From assembly GCA_965267575.1 (NCBI GenBank), contig OZ254086.1, forward strand, positions 3,968,001 through 4,032,000: a stretch of DNA of 64,000 nucleotides, read 5' to 3'. This document shows positions 42,661-51,529 of the stretch, one piece after another. Both the position numbers and the translations under genes were made by a program. Numbering within the stretch: position 1 is the first letter of the stretch; the number at the start of each line of letters is the position of its first letter. Origin of the DNA: Calditrichales bacterium. Lineage in GTDB: Bacteria; Calditrichota; Calditrichia; Calditrichales; J004. The notes under the pieces are model-generated. The model saw only the letters and a program-made list of their open reading frames with translations. It was not told the origin of the DNA and did no database searches.

Positions 42661-43956
42661 ATGCATAGCAAAATCCTTATCTCGTGCTGTGCCCTGATGC
42701 TTCTGATGGCTTGCAGGGCGCACAATCCCGTACCTGAATCCCCCGCTCCCCGAGAAACTGAAACAACCACCAAACCACCCAGCGAGAAAAAAGAAAAAAT
42801 GGTCGTAAAAAGCGGTCTGGAAAATTTTCTTGCAAACCATCTCGACAAGCTGGCCGGTAAACGCGTTGGCCTGGTAACCAATCCCAGCGGCGTAAACCAC
42901 AAGCTGGAAAGCAGCGCCGACCTCTTTTTTAAACACCCGGATATAAATTTAACGGCACTTTACGGACCGGAACACGGGATTCGCGGAGCAATCCACGCTG
43001 GCGAGCACGTGGAAAACATGACCGATCCCAAAACCGGGCTTCCCGTATACAGCCTTTACGGCAAAACGCGTAAACCGACAAAAGAGATGCTCGATGACGT
43101 GGATATCATGATCGTTGATATTCAGGACGTCGGCGTGCGCAGCTACACATACATTTACACGATGGCCATGGTTATGGAAGCCTGCGCCAAACATGGCAAG
43201 CAGGTAATCGTGCTGGATCGTCCTAACCCGCTGGGCGGCGCCATTGTGGAAGGAAATATTGTACATGAAGGCTTCTTTTCATTTGTAGGCCTTTATCCCC
43301 TGGCCTATCGCCACGGCATGACCATTGGCGAACTTGCGCTGCTGTTCAACAGCGAGTACGATATAAACTGCGACCTGACCGTTATCCCGCTGCAAAACTG
43401 GGAACGTAACATGCTGTTCGATGAGACCGGTTTGCCCTGGGTGCCCACATCGCCGCACGTACCACATTGGGAAACAACCCTGCACATGTGCGCCACAGGC
43501 ACATTCGGCGAGCTGCATACGCTCTTCCATGGCGTGGGTTACACTTCGCCGTTTGAAATTGTTGGCGGGCCCTGGATAAAAGACGCCGATGCATACGCCA
43601 GGGCTTTGAACGATCTGAATTTGCCCGGCGTTATTTTCCGGCCGATAACATTTAAGCCTTACTACCTCTTTTATCAGGGCGAGGTGTGCCACGGTGCACA
43701 ATTGCACATCACTGATGCCAAGGCTTTCCGGCCGTTTGTTGCCGGTTTGCATATTATGCAGGTAACCATGCGCATGTACCCCGATTACGATCTGTTTCAA
43801 AACACGAGGCGTGTGGGCAGTTTTAACAAGGTAATGGGTACCGACCGCATCATGGAGGATCTTAAAGGCGGCAAAGATGTGAGCACCATGCAGGAAGAAT
43901 GGCAGGCGGAGCTGCAGGCATTTCTAAAAATCCGCGACAAATATTTATTGTATTGA
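42661..43956 (+). CDS. namZ: DUF1343 exo-beta-N-acetylmuramidase NamZ-family lipoprotein
   Basis: Lipobox LMAC, RVGLVTNPSG, YGPEHGIRG, YSLYG, DIQDVGVRSYTY, LDRPNP, HGMTIGELA, WVPTSP, KYLLY terminus. Confidence 0.92.
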   Translation: MHSKILISCCALMLLMACRAHNPVPESPAPRETETTTKPPSEKKEKMVVKSGLENFLANHLDKLAGKRVGLVTNPSGVNHKLESSADLFFKHPDINLTALYGPEHGIRGAIHAGEHVENMTDPKTGLPVYSLYGKTRKPTKEMLDDVDIMIVDIQDVGVRSYTYIYTMAMVMEACAKHGKQVIVLDRPNPLGGAIVEGNIVHEGFFSFVGLYPLAYRHGMTIGELALLFNSEYDINCDLTVIPLQNWERNMLFDETGLPWVPTSPHVPHWETTLHMCATGTFGELHTLFHGVGYTSPFEIVGGPWIKDADAYARALNDLNLPGVIFRPITFKPYYLFYQGEVCHGAQLHITDAKAFRPFVAGLHIMQVTMRMYPDYDLFQNTRRVGSFNKVMGTDRIMEDLKGGKDVSTMQEEWQAELQAFLKIRDKYLLY

Positions 43957-43971
43957 TGACAGGAGAACACA

Positions 43972-45519
43972 ATGCACCAAAACAGCATTTCTTTTTTGTG
44001 CTTTTACGATGAGCACGCCAAAAATAACCGGCAACAATTTGAAGAAACACTGCAAAGCATAAAAGACCAGCCCAACAGCAAAAGCCAAATCCTTATTTTA
44101 AATGACAGCGGAAGCGATTTTAAAGCCGACGGCGCGGAAGTTTTGAAGCAATCTGCAGAAGCCACGCTGGGTGAAAGAATTAATGCGGCCCTTGATAAAG
44201 CGACCGGCGATTACGTCGTTTTGGCCGACAACCGAAACTGCGCAATCACTTTTAAAAGAGGCTTTACGGACCTGGCGGTGCTGGCCTGCTCGCGGCACAA
44301 AAGCCCGGGTATGGTTTATGGTGATTACGAATTACACCAGGCAGGTAAAAAAGATGAAATACGTCTTCTGAAAAACCACATCGGCCGCGTGCGCGACAAC
44401 CAGGATTTCGGGCGTGTTTTCTTTATGCCCGCCAAAGCGCTGAAGGCCGTAAATGGTTGTAATGCCGATCTTAAATTCAATACGCTTTACGACTTACGAC
44501 TACGCCTTTCCCAAAAGCATGAGCTCATTCACGTGGCCAACCGCTACGCCGGGTCCCTGTACAGCGTTATCGCCGAGAGCAAAAAGCATAATGTTTTTGA
44601 TTACCTGATGGCCGGCAAAGACAGTCAGCTGGAAGCCGAGGAAGTTTTGACCAAACATCTAAAAGCCATCGGCGGTTATCTGGCCCCCGGCGCCCATTAT
44701 GGCAACCGGCCTCAACCGCCAAAAGATGCCGAACTCAACGCATCGGTGATCATACCGGTTAACAACCGCCCGGAATTCATCGGAACAGCCATTGAATCGG
44801 TGCAGGCCCAAACGGTTAAAGATGTGGAAGTGATTATTGTAGTCAATGGCGGAGAAGAGGATCCGACGATCAAGGCCGTAAAGCAATATATGAAAGGCGG
44901 ATCGAAGTATGACGCCGGTAAGCCTGCCGTACAACTGTTGGTTTACAACATAAACAATCTGGGGCTTTGCCTTAATATGGGTGCCCATGCTGCCCGCGGA
45001 CGTTACTACGTGCAGCTCGATTCCGATGACAGGCTGAAACCCGACGCCGTGGAAAAAATCCTGAAGGTTTATGATGACGATCCTAAAATCGGTATGGTGA
45101 TTGGTTCTTATGAAGTGTGGGAGAAAAAGGCTGACGGCAGCATGGTGCGCAATGAAAGCGTTCCCGTGGTTACGCACGATGAATGGACCGAAGAAAACGG
45201 TCGCAACAACCTGCTGCGCATCAACGGCGCCGGCGCTCCCCGTTCCATTCCGATTGAACTGATTCGGCAGCTTGGTTTTTCCGTGAACGAAGAACCCTAC
45301 GCGCGCAATTACGGCGAAGACTACGCCATGGTCTTGAGGCTCAGCGAGCAACACCGCATAGGCCGTGTTTGGGACGCCATTTATGATGTGGTGCGTCACG
45401 CCGGCGGCACGGACCACAGCATTGACCAGGCTACGATTGACCGCAATGATGAGGCCAAAGACTTTATGCGTCGCGAAGCGATCGAAAGGCGCATCAGGCT
45501 GAATGGCGGAAAATCATGA
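43972..45519 (+). CDS. Soluble family 2 glycosyltransferase with two GT-A-like halves
   Basis: C-terminal half has SVIIPVNNR, YVQLDSDD, GEDY; N-terminal half is GT-A-like but lacks a clear DxD; no TM or signal peptide. Confidence 0.85.
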   Translation: MHQNSISFLCFYDEHAKNNRQQFEETLQSIKDQPNSKSQILILNDSGSDFKADGAEVLKQSAEATLGERINAALDKATGDYVVLADNRNCAITFKRGFTDLAVLACSRHKSPGMVYGDYELHQAGKKDEIRLLKNHIGRVRDNQDFGRVFFMPAKALKAVNGCNADLKFNTLYDLRLRLSQKHELIHVANRYAGSLYSVIAESKKHNVFDYLMAGKDSQLEAEEVLTKHLKAIGGYLAPGAHYGNRPQPPKDAELNASVIIPVNNRPEFIGTAIESVQAQTVKDVEVIIVVNGGEEDPTIKAVKQYMKGGSKYDAGKPAVQLLVYNINNLGLCLNMGAHAARGRYYVQLDSDDRLKPDAVEKILKVYDDDPKIGMVIGSYEVWEKKADGSMVRNESVPVVTHDEWTEENGRNNLLRINGAGAPRSIPIELIRQLGFSVNEEPYARNYGEDYAMVLRLSEQHRIGRVWDAIYDVVRHAGGTDHSIDQATIDRNDEAKDFMRREAIERRIRLNGGKS

Positions 45520-46709
45520 GCAACACACTCCTGACGATTGGCGTTGACGGCGGCGCCACAAAAGTGAGTGCCTGGCAGGTACGTTTTAAAAGCGAAGACA
45601 GCTCTTTTTTCCTGGGAAAATCCAATTGCGAAACCCGCTACTCCAATATTCCCGGATTTATCCCCGACTTTAAGCCAGTTGACATTGGCCGGCAGCTGAA
45701 GGAATTCCAGCAAGACGACGTTCAACCCACCGACGCGGAAACGCAGCAAGCCTCTTGTTACATCGAAGCCTGCGCACAAGCCATTGAAGCGATCGCTGAA
45801 GAGACAAAATGCAAGCGCGTGCTGATTGGTTTGGGCATGCCCGGCCTTAAAACGGCTGACAAGCGCGGTATTGCGGTTGTGGCAAACGGACCGCGTATGG
45901 TGAATTACTGTAATCAACTGGAGCGACGTTTGGACAGTGCCGGTATTAAACTGGAAGCGCCGATCCATCATTTGGGAAGCGATGCCGACTACTGTGGCAT
46001 CGGCGAGAATTATGCCGCGGATGGCCTGTTCAGTGATGTAGAGAATGGTTATTATCTTGGCGGCGGCACGGGCGTAGCCGATGCCATGAAACTCGACGGC
46101 GAACTTGTCCCCTTCGATTTGATGAAAAGCTGGAATCCCAAAACATGGGAGCTCCAGGGTGACAACGGGCTTTCGCTGGAGCGTTTTATCTCCGCCGGCG
46201 GCATACAATCGCTTTACGCAAAACTGGCCGATCGGTCGGTGAGTGAACTGAACAGTGAGCAAATCTTTCCGCCACAGATCGCGGAAAAGGCCGTGGCAGG
46301 CGATAAGTCAGCACAGGAAACCTATCAGCTTGTGGCGCGGAACCTGGCGGCGTTGCTGCACGCGCGTATTGTGACGCTTTACAGAGGCTGGAATGATGCT
46401 TTTCCTTTCATGAACAGCGCGCGCGCGGCACTGGAAAAAACGCATGATCATCTGGGAAAGCTGTTTCAACGTATTATCATCGGGCAGAGGCTTGGCGACC
46501 TGATGACCACAACGGCGGGCGACCGCGTACTGACACAACCGGTTTTTAATGCCCTGGAGCATCATATCGCTGAAGACGATGCGCTCGACGATAAAGCCAA
46601 AAAACACTATAAAGACCTGACAAACATTATTTTCTTTTCCCGGCTGCGCGAGGCCCCGGCACTTGGTGCAGGAGTAGACGCCTTTTTCAGCTGGCAGGAC
46701 TATCAGTAA
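45516..46709 (+). CDS. Divergent ROK-family sugar kinase
   Basis: IGVDGGATKV, IGLGMPG, SDADYCGIGE, YLGGGTGV, LERFISAGGI, APALGAG; no HTH. Confidence 0.75.
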   Translation: MSNTLLTIGVDGGATKVSAWQVRFKSEDSSFFLGKSNCETRYSNIPGFIPDFKPVDIGRQLKEFQQDDVQPTDAETQQASCYIEACAQAIEAIAEETKCKRVLIGLGMPGLKTADKRGIAVVANGPRMVNYCNQLERRLDSAGIKLEAPIHHLGSDADYCGIGENYAADGLFSDVENGYYLGGGTGVADAMKLDGELVPFDLMKSWNPKTWELQGDNGLSLERFISAGGIQSLYAKLADRSVSELNSEQIFPPQIAEKAVAGDKSAQETYQLVARNLAALLHARIVTLYRGWNDAFPFMNSARAALEKTHDHLGKLFQRIIIGQRLGDLMTTTAGDRVLTQPVFNALEHHIAEDDALDDKAKKHYKDLTNIIFFSRLREAPALGAGVDAFFSWQDYQ

Positions 46710-46712
46710 GGC

Positions 46713-46740
46713 TTGCCTGTTTCGGGAATAATGTTAAATT
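46713..46740 (+). promoter_or_regulatory. Internal promoter for the spoIID-like gene (extended -10)
   Basis: TTGCCT-N16-TAAATT with TGn extension; ATG is 7 nt downstream and no SD is visible. Confidence 0.5.
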
Positions 46741-46747
46741 CTGATCT

Positions 46748-48094
46748 ATGTTAAAACCCGACGTTATTCCCGGAAGGGAACCTGAAATCAATGTGGGCAT
46801 TATTTTGCCCGAAGACGGCTTCTCCTCCGTTACCCTGAATCTCCCCGAGACGGCTGCCTATACACTTTTCCTTAAGGATAATAAAAAAGTAAGCCTGCCG
46901 CCGGGAGAATGTTCTTTGGCGGTGCGTGATGAGACGCTCTTTCTCCAGACCATCAACGGCGAAGAACCTTTGCCGGACCGCGTGGTTTGCAAACCTCAAA
47001 AAATTACAGAAAAACTCAGCGCCCGTCAGGGCATACGCCTCTACCCCGTGATTGCCGGACGGGGCTTCCACTGGCAGAAACATATCGCTGTGTGCCTGCC
47101 CGACCAATTGCTTATCAAACGCCAAAAAGACCACCTGGTTATAATCAATGTGTTGCCGCTGGAACACTATGTGATGTGCGTGGCCACTTCAGAAATGGGT
47201 GCAGCCTGCCCCGAGGCGTTGATAGAATCACAGACAATCGCCGCACGCTCCTGGATGCTGGCCAATGTGGAACAGAAGCACCGGCACATGGAAATGGATG
47301 TCTGTAACGACGATTGCTGCCAGCGTTACCAGGGTACAACCTATTTGAGTCCGCAGTCCGTATCGGGTGCTCTGAATACTTCCGGGCAGGTGCTGATGAG
47401 CGGCAGCAAGATCTGTGACGCCCGTTATTCCAAGAGCTGCGGCGGTTTCATGGAACGTTTTGACGCCATCTGGCATGGCGAGGACCTGAGCTACCTGAAA
47501 GCACAACCCGACGCGCAGCACCCGCTGGCCGAGCTTGAGGGTCCGCTTAATGAAGAAGAGCATTTTCGGAAGTGGCTTTATTCAACACCGAAGGCTTACT
47601 GCAGTCCGCATTATATCGCAGAAGACAAGCTGCAAAAATACCTGGGCAGCGTGGACGAGGCCGGGCATTACTACCGCTGGCATGTGTCAGTTCCGCAAAA
47701 AGAAATGACCGAGACCATCAACCGCTTTTCAGGTATCCGGGCGCGTTGTATTCATGGTTTTAAAGTGATCCAGCGTGGTCAGTCCGGACGTATAAACCAG
47801 CTTCAGGTTTTCTTCACAAGCGAGGATAACAGCAAAGGCTCCCTGCTAATAACGAGCGAATACGATGTGCGGCGCAATCTTTCCGCGGCTTTCCTGTACA
47901 GTTCGGCTATAATTATCAAGCCCAAACCGCAGCAACAGGAATGTCCGGACAGTTTTGAAATTGACGGCGCCGGTTGGGGCCACGGGGTTGGCCTTTGCCA
48001 GATTGGCGCCCTGGGCATGGCCCTTAATAAATTCAGCACAAAAACGATCCTCGCCCATTATTACCCGGGCAGTTTACTGCAAAAAATTTACTGA
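46748..48094 (+). CDS. SpoIID/LytB-domain lytic transglycosylase-like protein
   Basis: INVLPLEHYVMCVATSEM, EALIESQTIAARSW, DVCNDDCCQRYQG, YSKSCGG, GWGHGVGLCQIGA, ILAHYYPG. Confidence 0.92.
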   Translation: MLKPDVIPGREPEINVGIILPEDGFSSVTLNLPETAAYTLFLKDNKKVSLPPGECSLAVRDETLFLQTINGEEPLPDRVVCKPQKITEKLSARQGIRLYPVIAGRGFHWQKHIAVCLPDQLLIKRQKDHLVIINVLPLEHYVMCVATSEMGAACPEALIESQTIAARSWMLANVEQKHRHMEMDVCNDDCCQRYQGTTYLSPQSVSGALNTSGQVLMSGSKICDARYSKSCGGFMERFDAIWHGEDLSYLKAQPDAQHPLAELEGPLNEEEHFRKWLYSTPKAYCSPHYIAEDKLQKYLGSVDEAGHYYRWHVSVPQKEMTETINRFSGIRARCIHGFKVIQRGQSGRINQLQVFFTSEDNSKGSLLITSEYDVRRNLSAAFLYSSAIIIKPKPQQQECPDSFEIDGAGWGHGVGLCQIGALGMALNKFSTKTILAHYYPGSLLQKIY

Positions 48095-48121
48095 TCGTAT
48101 AGACGACACATGGAGTGATTT

Positions 48122-49996
48122 ATGAGCAAGCCACAGCGTTCACCCTGGTTCTGGGTTCCCTCTCTCTACTACGCCGAAGGTTTGCCCTATATCGTTGTAA
48201 TGACCGTTTCGGTTATTATGTACAAGCGTCTGGGCATTTCCAACACCGATATCGCGCTGTATACCAGCTGGCTCTACCTGCCCTGGGTAATCAAGCCGTT
48301 GTGGAGCCCTGTTGTTGATATTCTTAAAACCAAGCGCTGGTGGATCGTTACCATGCAGCTTTTACTGGGCGCCGGTTTCGCCGGTGTGGCATTTATGCTG
48401 CCCCTGCCCTTTTTCTTCCAGGCTACGCTGGCTTTTCTGTGGCTGATGGCCTTTTCCAGCGCCACGCACGATATTGCCGCGGACGGTTTCTATATGCTGG
48501 GTCTCAGCGAACATGACCAGGCCTGGTTTGTGGGTGTACGAAGCACATTCTACCGCTTCGCCATGATCACAGGTCAGGGCCTGTTGATCATTCTTGCCGG
48601 CTATCTGGAAAGCACCACCGGCCTGCCACCGGTTGAAAATACCGTGATTAGCTCGCCGCAGGAAACGCGTGAAGCGATACGCCATCCGGACAGCATAGTC
48701 TTTGGTCAGATTCCCGATGAAGCTGAAGTGTTGATTGTTCCCGCTGAGCTTACCATTTCCACGGTGCCCCTGCCGAAATCGCGGCTGGACAGTATGGCCG
48801 CCTTTGTGGAGCAGTGGAATGAACAAAACAACCTTGTAGAGCAAGGCGAAGACGCTGCGACTGCCGCCGAGCAGGAGGCCGCCGCTGCCGAGGAATCCGG
48901 CTGGCTCAATTCGGCGCAAGCTTCGCTGGAAGAGTTTATCCGTACCTGGTTTGGCGAAGAGCAGGTACTTGCGGTTGCCGGTGACCGTGCCGGTAACACA
49001 GGTGTTTTTTATGTCCGGCTAAGTCAGAAACCTCCGGCGGATGATCCGGTGGTGGTCAACTTTGGCCGCAGCGAGGGCGATAAAAGTATTTCCCTGGTCA
49101 GTGAAGGGCGCTTTGTCTTTACCGAAGAAAACTGGGATGTGCCGGCCATGGCCCTGATTCAGCTCGATCCCAAGCTGAAAGAAGAGAGCAGCGCCGTTTT
49201 TGAAGCGCAGTCTGGCAATATACCGCTGGCCTGGAGCATCACCTTTTTCATTATGGCCGGGATGTTCGTGCTGTTTTTTATTTACCACAAATTCGTTCTG
49301 CCCTATCCCGCCGAGGACAAGGCCGCGCGTCGTTCGGAAAACTTTCTGCATGATTTCTGGCAAACTTTCCTGCTCTTTTTCAAAAAGAAAAGGATTGCCG
49401 CCATACTGGCCTTTTTGCTGCTTTACCGTTTTGCCGAAGCCCAGATCGTCAAAATGGCCTCACCGTTCCTGCTGGATATGCAGGAGGCCGGAGGCCTGGC
49501 GCTTACCACCGGCGAAGTGGGTTTTGTCTATGGCACAGTTGGTCTGATTTTCCTGACCATAGGCGGGCTGATCGGTGGCTTCGTTGCCGCCAAGCAAGGC
49601 TTAAAATTCTGGCTGTGGCCCATGGCCATTGCCATCAACCTACCCAACCTGGTTTATGTTGTGCTTAGCTATACACAGACGGACAGCTTTTTCTGGATCA
49701 ATGTGGCGGTGGCCATCGAGCAGTTTGGTTACGGATTCGGCTTTACGGCTTATATGTTGTATATGATATATGTTTCGCAAGGCGAGCATAAAACGGCCCA
49801 TTTCGCCATTACAACCGCCTTCATGGCGCTGGGCATGATGATACCGGGCATGTTCTCCGGGTGGCTGCAGGAGCTAATCGGCTACCAGCACTTCTTCGTC
49901 TGGGTAATGATTGCGACCATACCGGCGTTTTTGGTGCTCAGGCTAATCCCGCTGGATCCTGAATTTGGCAAAAAGAAAGAAGAAGCTCAGGGATAG
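48122..49996 (+). CDS. ampG: AmpG-family MFS permease with a large inserted soluble domain
   Basis: YYAEGLPY, PWVIKPLWSPVVD, SATHDIAADG, LLYRFAE, EQFGYGFG, AHFAITTA; 624 aa because of the insertion. Confidence 0.85.
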   Translation: MSKPQRSPWFWVPSLYYAEGLPYIVVMTVSVIMYKRLGISNTDIALYTSWLYLPWVIKPLWSPVVDILKTKRWWIVTMQLLLGAGFAGVAFMLPLPFFFQATLAFLWLMAFSSATHDIAADGFYMLGLSEHDQAWFVGVRSTFYRFAMITGQGLLIILAGYLESTTGLPPVENTVISSPQETREAIRHPDSIVFGQIPDEAEVLIVPAELTISTVPLPKSRLDSMAAFVEQWNEQNNLVEQGEDAATAAEQEAAAAEESGWLNSAQASLEEFIRTWFGEEQVLAVAGDRAGNTGVFYVRLSQKPPADDPVVVNFGRSEGDKSISLVSEGRFVFTEENWDVPAMALIQLDPKLKEESSAVFEAQSGNIPLAWSITFFIMAGMFVLFFIYHKFVLPYPAEDKAARRSENFLHDFWQTFLLFFKKKRIAAILAFLLLYRFAEAQIVKMASPFLLDMQEAGGLALTTGEVGFVYGTVGLIFLTIGGLIGGFVAAKQGLKFWLWPMAIAINLPNLVYVVLSYTQTDSFFWINVAVAIEQFGYGFGFTAYMLYMIYVSQGEHKTAHFAITTAFMALGMMIPGMFSGWLQELIGYQHFFVWVMIATIPAFLVLRLIPLDPEFGKKKEEAQG

Positions 49997-50028
49997 GCTG
50001 AGCCACCCGCTGCATAATTTGTCACAAT

Positions 50029-50067
50029 AAAAAAAGTCCCCGTAACCTTTGAGGTGCGGGGACTTTT
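50029..50067. terminator. Bidirectional Rho-independent terminator
   Basis: AAAAGTCCCCG/CGGGGACTTTT stem between convergent operons. Confidence 0.85.
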
Positions 50068-50085
50068 GCGTTTAGAATGTTCTGT

Positions 50086-51513
50086 CTACGGCGTCCAGTC
50101 ACGCGTACCCGCGATCGATGTAGAGGCGCGTCCGTTACCCTGGGCCGGCGTGGTTACTTCGATCGTTATATAGACCTGCGGCGCTTCGAGACTGTCGCCC
50201 GGCGCCCATGTAAAATTAAAATCGGTGGTGCCGTTTCCCGAAAAGCGTGCGTCATCCAATGTTACCTGTGTGTCGCCAAACAGGTCACCGTCCGTGGCTT
50301 TTACGGAAATAGTTGTGTTACCCACCAGCGGATGGCCAAAAATATCATTCACGTTGTAACTGAAGTTGCTGGGCTGGTTTGTCGCGTCATAGCTAAACGT
50401 GGAAGGATTGATGCCGATCGGGGCTGTTGCCGCGCTGAGCAAAACCGTTGTTTCCGCACTCAGTGTCAGGTTGGTCAAGGTGTCGCCATAGGTCCACGCG
50501 GAAATCGTGGCAAAGGGGTCATTAATCGGATCGGGCGGTAATGGCGCGGCGCTCATAAAGCTCACGGTCGCACGACCCATCTCGTCTGTAACGGCGGCGC
50601 CATCCACAATACCATAGTCACTTGAAAAATAAACGATCGTGCCCGGCGCAACCGGGTTGCTGTATTGGTCACCCACGAAGGCCGTCACATTATCGAGAAT
50701 CCCAAAATGGACACGTCCTGCGATATTGGCTCTTTCAATGGCAACGCTAAAATGATCTTCATCAGGCAAGCCGCCAAAAATCGCCACACGCGGCGGAATG
50801 GCGCTAAAGGTGCCGTTTTCGTTTTGAAACGTGGCCTCCAGCTGCACGGCACCGGAAACAGTACCGCTGCTGAGCACGGTGTAACACAATCCGTTTTCAG
50901 TAATCATCGATTCCGGAAAAACGTACTCGCCGCCACCGGGACCGTTCTTTACGCTAAAATTTACTTCGACGGCGTTGTCATTGCTTACGAGCCGACCCTC
51001 GCTATCGGTCACGCGAAATACCAGGACAGTCGTTTCCTGCAATCCGGATGATTTGACATAAATATGGGGATCGGGGCTGTTCTCCAGCACGATATGGGCT
51101 GCTTTCCCGCTGGAACCCGTAGGCAGATCTCCGCCCCCGTCTCCGGAATCGGCATTTATGCGAGCCAGTGTCACATCGGATACAATGGCATTGCTGCCCT
51201 TTTTGGCCAACACCGTCGCCGATCCGTTAAAAAAGCCCACTTTTGATATTTCCAGCTCAACCTGTTTGGATTCATCTTCACCGATATCCAGGTTCAATGT
51301 GTAACCGCCCTGGCTGTTTGTGAGCGTCTGTGCAAAAACCGAGACAGTCTGCGAAGTTACCAAAGCGTTGGCCACAGGGACGTAATCGCCATCGCTTTGC
51401 AGCGTGTACACCGCTCCGCTTACGGTTGTTGTTTCATTGGAATCATTTGCGGATTCGCACGCCGGGAAGAGGGTTATGCCCGCCAGCAAACAGGCAACAA
51501 TTGCTTTTTTCAC
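50086..51513 (-). CDS. Lipoprotein with carboxypeptidase-regulatory-like and invasin/Big_1-like Ig domains
   Basis: GTG start at 51513 with GGAGG SD; KKAIVACLLAGITLFPAC signal; TLTNSQGGYTL, VTDSEG..V, VGDQYSNPVAPGTIVYF, VTDEMGRATV. Confidence 0.75.
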   Translation of the reverse strand: MKKAIVACLLAGITLFPACESANDSNETTTVSGAVYTLQSDGDYVPVANALVTSQTVSVFAQTLTNSQGGYTLNLDIGEDESKQVELEISKVGFFNGSATVLAKKGSNAIVSDVTLARINADSGDGGGDLPTGSSGKAAHIVLENSPDPHIYVKSSGLQETTVLVFRVTDSEGRLVSNDNAVEVNFSVKNGPGGGEYVFPESMITENGLCYTVLSSGTVSGAVQLEATFQNENGTFSAIPPRVAIFGGLPDEDHFSVAIERANIAGRVHFGILDNVTAFVGDQYSNPVAPGTIVYFSSDYGIVDGAAVTDEMGRATVSFMSAAPLPPDPINDPFATISAWTYGDTLTNLTLSAETTVLLSAATAPIGINPSTFSYDATNQPSNFSYNVNDIFGHPLVGNTTISVKATDGDLFGDTQVTLDDARFSGNGTTDFNFTWAPGDSLEAPQVYITIEVTTPAQGNGRASTSIAGTRDWTP

Positions 51514-51529
51514 GGTTCCTCCGCTCGTC

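Noticed and set aside
46748..48094. Sporulation gene
   Set aside because: SpoIID/LytB domains are widespread in non-sporulating diderms, and no other sporulation genes are present.
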